Program-made: the position numbers and the translations under genes
Notes under the pieces: generated by a model
Databases searched by the model: none
Told to the model about the DNA's origin: nothing
What the model saw: only the letters and a program-made list of their open reading frames with translations
In this document: positions 48,770-56,206 of the stretch, one piece after another
How positions within the stretch are numbered: the first letter of the stretch is position 1
Layout of the letters: each line of letters begins with the position of its first letter
IMG/VR virus record: IMGVR_UViG_3300009080_001637
Source: an uncultured virus (IMG/VR IMGVR_UViG_3300009080_001637)
Lineage: Duplodnaviria > Heunggongvirae > Uroviricota > Caudoviricetes
DNA: 56,206 nt
Reading direction: 5' to 3' (one strand)

Positions 48770-49615
48770 ATGGGTAAGAGAAACAATGAGTTAAGAGTTG
48801 GCTCCAAACACAACTCATCCAGTTCGGAAGTCCAACCTGTGGACCAGACCTTTTCCTTCTCATCTCCAACCGAAATAGTGGACTTACCCTCTCAGGGAAG
48901 ACACTACGGGGAGGAACACCCTCTTCATGGCGTGAACAGTATTGAAATAAGGTTTATGACAGCGAAGGACGAAGACATTTTGACCTCGAAAACCCTGCTA
49001 AACAAGGGCCTCGCGTTAGACAGGTTTTTGAGCAACGTTATCGTTGACAAGAACATCAACCTCGCTGACCTTCTCGTCGGTGATAAGAATGCCCTACTAA
49101 TTGCCGCAAGGAAAACTGGATATGGCTCAGCTTATGACACTAAAGTTCGGTGCCCAAGTTGTGGCGAGACTAGCGAATATTCGTTTAATCTAGATTTTTG
49201 TGGGATAGACAGAGGCGCTGATTGTGAAGAGTTAGACGTTGTCCCTGCCGAAACTGGCTATTTTTACGTAAATCTTCCGATTAGTAAAGTTCGCGTAAAA
49301 ATAAAATTAATGGATGGAAGAGATGAAGCAAGGTTAGTTCATCTTATGAAAATCTCAAAGAAAACAAAGAAAAACGAAGCATCTATTACCGATATGTTTA
49401 AGGTTATGATAATCGAAGTAAACGAAACCACAAAAAAGGTCGCAATAAACGACTTTGTTGAATCAATGCCAGCTATGGACTCTAGGTATCTTAGGAAAGT
49501 ATATGAAAGGATAATGCCTAAAATTGATATGTCACACAACTTTGTTTGTGAAAACTGTGGCTCCGAGACGTATATGGAGGTTCCGCTTAATGCGGAATTC
49601 TTTTGGCCTAGATGA
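48770..49615 (+). CDS. Tail/baseplate hub assembly chaperone (T4 gp26-like), Zn-binding
   Basis: VDLPSQG, RFMTAKDEDIL, LLVGDKNALLIAAR..GYG, CPSC and CENC; ends FFWPR. Confidence 0.8.
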   Translation: MGKRNNELRVGSKHNSSSSEVQPVDQTFSFSSPTEIVDLPSQGRHYGEEHPLHGVNSIEIRFMTAKDEDILTSKTLLNKGLALDRFLSNVIVDKNINLADLLVGDKNALLIAARKTGYGSAYDTKVRCPSCGETSEYSFNLDFCGIDRGADCEELDVVPAETGYFYVNLPISKVRVKIKLMDGRDEARLVHLMKISKKTKKNEASITDMFKVMIIEVNETTKKVAINDFVESMPAMDSRYLRKVYERIMPKIDMSHNFVCENCGSETYMEVPLNAEFFWPR

Positions 49616-49799
49616 TAAATATATAGAATCTGTATATGAAGAATTTTTCATATTAAAATATTATGGCAACTGGAGCTTAACAGAAGCTTATAATTTACCA
49701 GTTGTTATCCGAAGGTGGTTTTTAAAAAGACTGTCAAAACAAATAGAAGATGAAAATGATGCAGTTAACAACGCACAAGCTTCTTCTAAGAAAAGGTAG
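49590..49799 (+). CDS. Small chaperone partner (T4 gp51-like), either independently initiated at 49590 or reached by +1 frameshift
   Basis: YEEFFILKYYGNWSLTEAYNLPVVIRRWFLKRL; overlaps the end of 48770..49615 in the +1 frame. Confidence 0.7.
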   Translation: MRNSFGLDDKYIESVYEEFFILKYYGNWSLTEAYNLPVVIRRWFLKRLSKQIEDENDAVNNAQASSKKR

Positions 49800-49805
49800 T
49801 CATTA

Positions 49806-49838
49806 AAAAGCCGGATACTAATCCGGCTTTTATTTTTT
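49806..49838 (+). terminator. Rho-independent terminator
   Basis: AAAAGCCGGAT-acta-ATCCGGCTTTT followed by ATTTTTT. Confidence 0.85.
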
Positions 49839-49845
49839 GTTTTAG

Positions 49846-49855
49846 ACTAGTTATA
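49846..49855 (+). promoter_or_regulatory. Putative late promoter motif ACTAGTTATA
   Basis: Just after the terminator, 45 nt before the tape measure ATG. Confidence 0.6.
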
Positions 49856-49890
49856 TTGAGAAATACCCTATCCCCACTTGGAGGCCTGCC

Positions 49891-52323
49891 ATGACGGAAC
49901 CAACAGACGCTGCCAAAGCAAGTCAACTTGCCAGTCAATATATTAAAATGCAGCAGGAAACGAGTGCACTTAACCGAGCCTCGGAGGATCATGGTGTACT
50001 TCTTGACAGCTCTGTAGAAAAATTAAAAGAAGCAATCCGATTGGAAAAAGATAGGATAAAACTCCTTAATAGGTCTAACGGGTATCTGCTTACCATCGCC
50101 GAAACTGCTCAAAAAAACCTCGCAATCGCCCGAGACCAAGAAGCTCACGACGAGGAGAAGATAGCGCGATTAACAAAAGAATCCGAGCTTCTCCTTGAAA
50201 TGATAAATATATCCGAAAACAAAAGGAAAATTGCCGCCGAGCAGGCAGAGCAAGACAACGAGCGTCGCGAAAAGGCTATAGCCGGTCAAAAAGAATTAAA
50301 TGAAACTGTTGAAAAATTCTCTAGTAGTGTAAAAGATATTGGGAAAAGCCTGTTGAATATTTTTAAAGGCAATGGATTCAAATCAATGCTCCCTTCTCTT
50401 AAGAATTTTCTAGGATCTATGGGACAACTAATAACAAAGTCTGGTTCGGTAGGGAAGGCAATAAAGAATGTTTTTAGCCAAAATGCTATAAAAGGGTTTG
50501 GCAGCGCCTTGTCGAGCGTTTCTGCTGGTGCAGTAGACAAGATGGTTCAGAAAACAAAAGAAATGGTCTTGGCGCTTGATGCCGCAAGCACTTCCATGGC
50601 GAAACTTACAGGTGGAGGCGAGAATTATAATGATAACCTGCAAAAAGTATATGGAAGTCAACAAACACTCATGCACTCTGTTAGCCAACTGGGAAAGGCG
50701 CAAGAAGGCTTATTTCGGAACATGACAGTTTTCTCAAGTCTGTCTAAAGAAAGTCAAAAGGGTTTCTTGGACGTTAACGCCAGTATGGAGAAAATTGGCG
50801 TAACTAACTTTCCAGAGACTGTAGATGTTATGACCAGAGCAATGGGACGAAATGTAGAACAGGCTAAAAAAACTGGCGTAGCGATGGTTTCGTTTGCAAA
50901 AGATCTTGGTGTGCCAGCATCGGTGATTATGAAGGATTTCCAAGCAGCAGCAGGCAATTTGGCAAAATATGGAAACCAAATGACCAGCCAATTCAAGAAG
51001 CTTGCTGCAGTTTCGAAGACAACAGGGGTGAGCGTCCAAGCTATGTTGGGAATAACCGGAAAGTTTGATACGTATGAATCGGGTGCCCAATCGGTAGCGA
51101 AATTAAATGCGGTAATGGGTGGGCCATATTTAAATACCGTCAACCTTATGAAAATGTCAGACGACGAAAGAATCAAACAACTTGTCAAACAAGTAAAATT
51201 GTCAGGGCTTTTGACCAAGAAAGGAGATAGATTTACGAAGATGGCGCTCACTCAGGCTATCGGAGCTTCTAGCGCGGAGGCGGCGATGAGATTATTAAAT
51301 ATGTCTCAAGCAGAACAACTTAAAAACCAGCAGAAGGCAGCAAAAGAAGAATCAATGCAAAAAGCGATGGCGAACCTCAGAGAGGCGGCATATAAAACAA
51401 TACCGGTGATGGAAAAAATTGGTTTAATAATGCTGAATATTTTCTCAGAGAGCGGTAGTGCCTCTGAAGTATTAAAATTTATTGAGAAAAGTTTGATCCC
51501 CGGCCTTGAGACTTTCGCGAGAGTCGCACGATCGGTTTGGGAAGTTCTTGGCCTATGGATCTTCGCCATTCCAATAATGCTTAAATTAGTTGGAGTATTT
51601 ATAACTATGTTACCTGCCCTCGCTAATATGACTGCCGCTATTGCCGCATCTGGTGCTGCTATTGCCGGTGGGGGTGCCGCAGGTGGCGTAGGATTGACGG
51701 CAGCCCTGACGGCGGCCATGCCCCTTATCCTTAAGATAACCTTGGTAGCAGCTGGATTCGCTGCCGTCCTTCTCCTTATTGCTAGCGCATCGACTCTCTT
51801 TTTTGACGCACTAGGAGACAATATACCGAAGCTCGCAGAACATGGCACAGAGATGTTTGTGGTTGCTGGTGGTATAGTGGCGATTGGATATGCTTTGGCA
51901 GCAGTGGGTATTGCAGCCTTACCGGCAATAGCAGGGATTGGAGTTATAACTGCTGGCGTCGTCGCTCTCGGCTCGGCAATGAAAGATTTGCCTCAAGCAA
52001 TCTTAAACCCTGAAAACGGTTTCACGAGATTCGTCGAGGTTTCAACAGAATTGACAACCGATAACGTTGATAATGTTAGACAAATAGTAGAAAAGGCAAA
52101 TGCTTACCACAAAGGGGTGATTGAAGTTCAAAACAAGACGACCCTTGGACCCGTTACTGATCTTATGGGAGGACAACAGTCAGCAGCTCAATCCGGTCAC
52201 ACACAGTTGCAGCCGCACTATCAAGTTATCTTGGAAGTTGACGGCGACGCGCTAGCTTCTGGTGTGTTCAAGGCGATGGATAAAACAATAACAATGCAGA
52301 CCGTGGCGAACATGGTATCATAA
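49891..52323 (+). CDS. Tail tape measure protein
   Basis: 810-aa Ala/Gly/Lys-rich helical protein with a hydrophobic C-terminal third; follows the tube and chaperone genes. Confidence 0.85.
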   Translation: MTEPTDAAKASQLASQYIKMQQETSALNRASEDHGVLLDSSVEKLKEAIRLEKDRIKLLNRSNGYLLTIAETAQKNLAIARDQEAHDEEKIARLTKESELLLEMINISENKRKIAAEQAEQDNERREKAIAGQKELNETVEKFSSSVKDIGKSLLNIFKGNGFKSMLPSLKNFLGSMGQLITKSGSVGKAIKNVFSQNAIKGFGSALSSVSAGAVDKMVQKTKEMVLALDAASTSMAKLTGGGENYNDNLQKVYGSQQTLMHSVSQLGKAQEGLFRNMTVFSSLSKESQKGFLDVNASMEKIGVTNFPETVDVMTRAMGRNVEQAKKTGVAMVSFAKDLGVPASVIMKDFQAAAGNLAKYGNQMTSQFKKLAAVSKTTGVSVQAMLGITGKFDTYESGAQSVAKLNAVMGGPYLNTVNLMKMSDDERIKQLVKQVKLSGLLTKKGDRFTKMALTQAIGASSAEAAMRLLNMSQAEQLKNQQKAAKEESMQKAMANLREAAYKTIPVMEKIGLIMLNIFSESGSASEVLKFIEKSLIPGLETFARVARSVWEVLGLWIFAIPIMLKLVGVFITMLPALANMTAAIAASGAAIAGGGAAGGVGLTAALTAAMPLILKITLVAAGFAAVLLLIASASTLFFDALGDNIPKLAEHGTEMFVVAGGIVAIGYALAAVGIAALPAIAGIGVITAGVVALGSAMKDLPQAILNPENGFTRFVEVSTELTTDNVDNVRQIVEKANAYHKGVIEVQNKTTLGPVTDLMGGQQSAAQSGHTQLQPHYQVILEVDGDALASGVFKAMDKTITMQTVANMVS

Positions 52324-52343
52324 CACTGGGAGTGATTAGCGCG

Positions 52344-53819
52344 ATGTCTGAGACTAAAGAGGAAAGAGAGGCCAAGTGGAAGGCCATTCGGGAAAAAAGG
52401 GCCGCCGACGCAAAGGCCGCTCAGGAGAAAAGGGCCGAAGTCGCGGCTGCTCGGAAGAAAAAAAGGGCCGAAGACGCGGCCGCTCGGAAGGAAAAGAATG
52501 CCAAGCGGCAGGCCGAGCGGAAGAAAAAAAGGGCCGAAAAGAGAAAGGAAAAAGAATGGGAGAAGTCCCTGAAAAAAGCCAAAGCCGAAGGCGGACGGTT
52601 AATAGCTAAGGAGAAACAAAAGGAAAAAAGGGCCGCTAAGGAGGAGAAGGCTTATAAGAAGCGTCAAGCATTAGGCAGGATAAGTCGCGGCATCGACGCC
52701 ACCTGTAAAACTGAAGAAGGCTACAAAGGAATCTGCAGAGACGCTGGCGAAAAGCTGACCAATGGAACATATTTTCCGAACTATTGTAAGGGAGCAGGAC
52801 ATGTTAAGTGTTTTGTACCCAACCGTATAATCGAAGAAGCAAAAGCACTTGAGAAAATTAAAGTCCTCAAAAATAACTTAGATAAGACAAACAAAAAATT
52901 AAGAGGATTTGAGCAAACTAAACAATTTGACAAATTTATGGATAAACTGGATAGAAAAGATAGAGCTCCAACTCACAAGGGATATGTCCCTGCCCACGCT
53001 AGATTTTCAAATGAAGACCCTCATAAAGCAACTAACGGAAAAGATGTCACGCCTTCAATTGGCTATGTCACAGTTCAACATGTCCCCTCTGGAAGACTCG
53101 CCACGTTTCCAGCGTTCGTAAAAAGCTTTTCTGATACTTTTTCTCTCAACTGGAATGAAGAGCCGGTATACGGAAGAATGGACCCGTTGTATACCTATTC
53201 GAACACTAAGAGAAACCTTAACCTGTCTTTTGTAATAGTCGCAGAAAGACATTATGAAGCCGCAAAAAACATGCAAAACCTAGACCAATTAATCCAAAAC
53301 CTCTATCCTGCATACGAATCTGGTGGAGGCACATCTGCGACACGGCTCGCCGCTGCCCCTTTGTTGAAAATCTCGTGGGGCAACCTAATTAATGGAGGAG
53401 GGGGCAGAGGGATGCTCGTTGCCTGCAATAATGTAGCGATCGTACACAATGTTGAGGCAGGCTTCTTCGAATACGGTGGCTCCAGCACCAGAAAACAGCA
53501 CATAATCCCGAAAGAAATCGATGTTACTTTGTCCTGCAACGTATTGCATGATTTTAACTTAGGGTTTAAGACTAACGGTAAAGCACTTGAAAAGGGTGGG
53601 AAAAAATCAAATAGTTTTTATAATTTTCCATATGGGTTTGAAACTGCAAACATTTCTGGCGCGGACCTCAAGATACCACCTAACAAACGCCCACCCGAAG
53701 ACACAGATGAAACGACAGAACTGGAGGAAAAAAGAAAAAACTTAAAAGACGAGATCGCCCAAATTAAAAAAATGCGGGCAGCGGAGCACTTGCGCCGCGC
53801 CTTGAAAATGGACTTCTAA
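52344..53819 (+). CDS. Tail tube initiator/baseplate protein (gp48/gp54-like C-terminal domain) with a long basic N-terminal extension
   Basis: C-terminal FPAFVKSFSDTFSLNWNEEPVYGRMDPLYTYSNTKRNLNLSF and PLLKISWGNLI. N-terminal K/A/E/R repeats and a Cys module. Confidence 0.7.
   Translation: MSETKEEREAKWKAIREKRAADAKAAQEKRAEVAAARKKKRAEDAAARKEKNAKRQAERKKKRAEKRKEKEWEKSLKKAKAEGGRLIAKEKQKEKRAAKEEKAYKKRQALGRISRGIDATCKTEEGYKGICRDAGEKLTNGTYFPNYCKGAGHVKCFVPNRIIEEAKALEKIKVLKNNLDKTNKKLRGFEQTKQFDKFMDKLDRKDRAPTHKGYVPAHARFSNEDPHKATNGKDVTPSIGYVTVQHVPSGRLATFPAFVKSFSDTFSLNWNEEPVYGRMDPLYTYSNTKRNLNLSFVIVAERHYEAAKNMQNLDQLIQNLYPAYESGGGTSATRLAAAPLLKISWGNLINGGGGRGMLVACNNVAIVHNVEAGFFEYGGSSTRKQHIIPKEIDVTLSCNVLHDFNLGFKTNGKALEKGGKKSNSFYNFPYGFETANISGADLKIPPNKRPPEDTDETTELEEKRKNLKDEIAQIKKMRAAEHLRRALKMDF
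52395..52559 (+). repeat. Degenerate 33-bp (11-aa) coding tandem repeat, about 5 units
   Basis: KRAADAKAAQE/KRAEVAAARKK/KRAEDAAARKE/KNAKRQAERKK/KRAEKRKEKEW; AAAAGGGCCG recurs. Confidence 0.75.
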
Positions 53820-53830
53820 AGGAGAACAAC

Positions 53831-54181
53831 ATGCCCAGAGATTATAACTTTTCTACAGATACGATGGACATCGATTTTTTAGAAGGCCCTCAGAAAATAT
53901 ATTATAATTATCTTCGTAGGAGAAACATCAAACGGTTGGAGTTCTATACAACACCGGCTCTTGAGTCTCTTACCAATGAAGAAAAAGCCCAGATTGAAGT
54001 AGAGGGCCACTATTGGGCTAGGGGTGACCGATATTATAAAATTGCGCTAGAGTATTATAGCGATGCCTCTTATTGGTGGGTTATCGCTTGGTTCAACCGA
54101 AGACCAACAGAGGGTCACATCAAAATAGGTGATTATATCGAAATACCTATAAATCTTCAAGATATCCTAGAATACACTTAA
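53831..54181 (+). CDS. LysM-like baseplate wedge protein (T4 gp53/P2 gpX-like)
   Basis: GDRYYKIALEYYSDASYWWVIAWFN...IKIGDYIEIP. Confidence 0.8.
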   Translation: MPRDYNFSTDTMDIDFLEGPQKIYYNYLRRRNIKRLEFYTTPALESLTNEEKAQIEVEGHYWARGDRYYKIALEYYSDASYWWVIAWFNRRPTEGHIKIGDYIEIPINLQDILEYT

Positions 54182-54192
54182 TTGGAGTTTAC

Positions 54193-56206
54193 ATGACTGA
54201 AACAACAAATAGCACATTCAACCCAACCAGCGCTGGCGGTTATACAGAGGCAAAAGATCCTATAATCTTTGACGAACAATGTTATTTGATGTTGTTTTGG
54301 AAAGACTTCGTTGATTACTCGAAAGCTTTCAGCCTTTGTTCGATGGAGAGCACCGAAAACCGGTCAAAAAATAAGTTTTTTGATTTTAGACCCAAGAATT
54401 TAACACTTTTGGATTCTGAATATCCTGAATTAATACCCTCTTTGTTTCGTAAAAAAAAATATAGCTTCGATTTTTTTAGGATGCTGACACCGAACATTCA
54501 AGCATTATTGGTCCCTAAGATAAGAATTTATAAGTTAATACCTAGTCAAAGCAAGAACTTAAGTGGCAATCCAACTGAGTTTGACGAGATGGAGATGTTA
54601 TTTCCAAATATCGAGTCTCCTTTACGAAGCACTAATAAGATCAAAACAAATATTAGTGGGGTCGGCATAAAATCTTTTTCATATGAACTAGAGGGCGGTC
54701 TTCCGAATACTGTTGAACTTTTTATAAAATGTAAATTAAGTATGGTTTTTTCGAGTATTGATGGGTTTTTTAAGAAAAGAACTTTTCCGAATAGCAAAAG
54801 AGATTATAGTTATTCCGATTTAATAACTGCTCACGAGGTTCAAGGAGGGAAACTAGACAACTGGAGTCCAATAAAAATAGAAATAGGCTGGGCGAAGCCC
54901 TCTAGGGAAGCTATAAAAAATGTCCTTCGGGCGTCCAATATCGAAGGGAAAAACATTAATCGAATGATAAACACTATTGTGGGAGGGATAGATGATAGTT
55001 CCACTTCCCTTATTGTTAATCATTACGGTCACGATTTTAATATCAAAAAAGACGGAAAAATCGATTTGACAATAAATTTTATGGGTGCAACAGAGAAAGC
55101 GTGGGCATCAAAGCAGTTTGATCTTATAGAACCGAGACCCTCCGAGGACAAAATAGGCCGAGAGGTAAAAAATCAGGTCTCTCACAGCAATAAATTGCTA
55201 AAATTTGCAGAAATAATAAATACCGCTGCTCAAAGATCAACACCGGCTGAAGTCAGCAAGTGCATCGATGCTGTGGTGGCAGTCAAAGAGCCATCAAAAC
55301 AGGTGACACGCGCTCAGGCCTGCGATACCCATGGCAAAACAGTAATCCCGTCAAGCCTATTCGAGGGAGGGGTGAGCCCGTTCCCGAAAAATGATCGGCA
55401 ATGGTGGGAGCAAAACTTCAGCCTGCACGGCGCGGATCTGGTGGATATTTCGATAGGGTCAGCGATAGCAAGTGTAGTGGGCGGGGAACAATCAAAAAAA
55501 ATCTACAAAACATACAAAAATAATACCAGTGGCTTTCTTGACAAAAAGATGGAAAGTGGTAAAAAAGCTGTCGGTGCTGACAATCTTAATGATAAGCGTA
55601 TGGAAAACCAAAAGAAACTTATTACTTACCGTCTCAACAACAGGAAGATCAACCCCGCAGTGCTCCAAGAGGCCCACAACAAGATGCGCGGCGAGCTTAT
55701 CACCGCAGAAGAGATCAAAGACAGTCCGGAAATGGCGCTAGAAGTTGCCCGAGCCCAGCTTCAAATAAAAGCATATAGAAGAATAATGAACCTTCTTTAC
55801 AACTCAGGAAGAGTTCATTTCGTTGATGTTACACAAGAAGATGTACAAGACTGGCGCGCAAGAATACATGGAATAAACGATGTTATTACTAAAGAAGAAA
55901 AAAGAAAAAAGGTAGAGAAAAAAGCCGTAACGCCTCCTGCTGTCGTGATGTCAGTACCAGAAAGCAGTGGGGAATCACCTGCCACCGGGAACTTCGGTTC
56001 TTCGAGGGACGGTTGTAGAACAGAAATGACGGCCTATCCATCGAAAGTAACAAACATATATAATATAAAAAGGTGTTTAGAAAGCGATGACCAAGATAGT
56101 TTTATGAAGGTAGCCAAACAAAAAACAATAAGCCTAAGAAGGATTAACTTTATATATTTTTCAGACATTATTGATGCCGCGATAGAAGCCATCAGTATCG
56201 GGAAAG
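54193..56206 (+). CDS. Large baseplate hub-like protein, 3'-truncated (missing from the ORF track)
   Basis: GGAG SD and ATG 54193 (MTETTNSTFNP...). No stop in the segments I translated, and the track reports no closed ORF in this frame. Motifs LLVPKIRIYK, GVGIKSFSYE, KIEIGW, INFIYFSDIID; follows the LysM gene. Confidence 0.65.
   Translation, partial: MTETTNSTFNPTSAGGYTEAKDPIIFDEQCYLMLFWKDFVDYSKAFSLCSMESTENRSKNKFFDFRPKNLTLLDSEYPELIPSLFRKKKYSFDFFRMLTPNIQALLVPKIRIYKLIPSQSKNLSGNPTEFDEMEMLFPNIESPLRSTNKIKTNISGVGIKSFSYELEGGLPNTVELFIKCKLSMVFSSIDGFFKKRTFPNSKRDYSYSDLITAHEVQGGKLDNWSPIKIEIGWAKPSREAIKNVLRASNIEGKNINRMINTIVGGIDDSSTSLIVNHYGHDFNIKKDGKIDLTINFMGATEKAWASKQFDLIEPRPSEDKIGREVKNQVSHSNKLLKFAEIINTAAQRSTPAEVSKCIDAVVAVKEPSKQVTRAQACDTHGKTVIPSSLFEGGVSPFPKNDRQWWEQNFSLHGADLVDISIGSAIASVVGGEQSKKIYKTYKNNTSGFLDKKMESGKKAVGADNLNDKRMENQKKLITYRLNNRKINPAVLQEAHNKMRGELITAEEIKDSPEMALEVARAQLQIKAYRRIMNLLYNSGRVHFVDVTQEDVQDWRARIHGINDVITKEEKRKKVEKKAVTPPAVVMSVPESSGESPATGNFGSSRDGCRTEMTAYPSKVTNIYNIKRCLESDDQDSFMKVAKQKTISLRRINFIYFSDIIDAAIEAISIGK

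Noticed and set aside
50286..51848. Minus-strand ORFs up to 180 aa opposite the tape measure, and the other short minus-strand or nested ORFs in the track
   Set aside because: Antisense or alternate-frame shadows of long + strand genes, with no recognisable motifs. Every credible gene is on +.
1..56206. Alternative genetic code, tRNAs, CRISPR array, IS/integrase
   Set aside because: Long ORFs are intact in the standard code and TAA, TGA and TAG all end genes. Gaps are under 100 nt, with no cloverleaf or spaced repeats seen.

Overview
This window is a 56 kb slice of a large, AT-rich, T4-like (myovirus, probably jumbo-class) bacteriophage genome. All genes lie on the + strand, are tightly packed and use the standard code, many with GGAG Shine-Dalgarno sites. 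Order: baseplate wedge region, including a 3029-aa LamG/gp7-like protein (1-22445); RuvC-like resolvase, primase, a secreted FGE-sulfatase/CLec-fold protein and an Mre11-Rad50 (SbcD-SbcC) fusion (22445-27754); a holin/spanin-like membrane cluster (27791-28777); terminase, portal, prohead protease, phage-encoded ribosomal protein bS21, scaffold and major capsid protein (30192-42453); then neck, sheath, tube, tail chaperone pair, tape measure and baseplate initiator genes running off the right edge. I found no tRNA, CRISPR array, intein or mobile element. The best leads are: (i) short N- and C-terminal tags shared by unrelated small proteins and the scaffold, a possible capsid-loading code; (ii) a candidate +1 programmed frameshift at TTC-TTT-TGG in the tail chaperone; (iii) a recurrent ACTA(T/G/A)TTA(T/C) late-promoter motif; (iv) an overlapping spanin-like pair with no lipoprotein; (v) an excess of [ST]-[GAS]-S tripeptides in baseplate and tail proteins; (vi) bS21 inside the head module. 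All calls come from motif recognition by eye; no searches were run.
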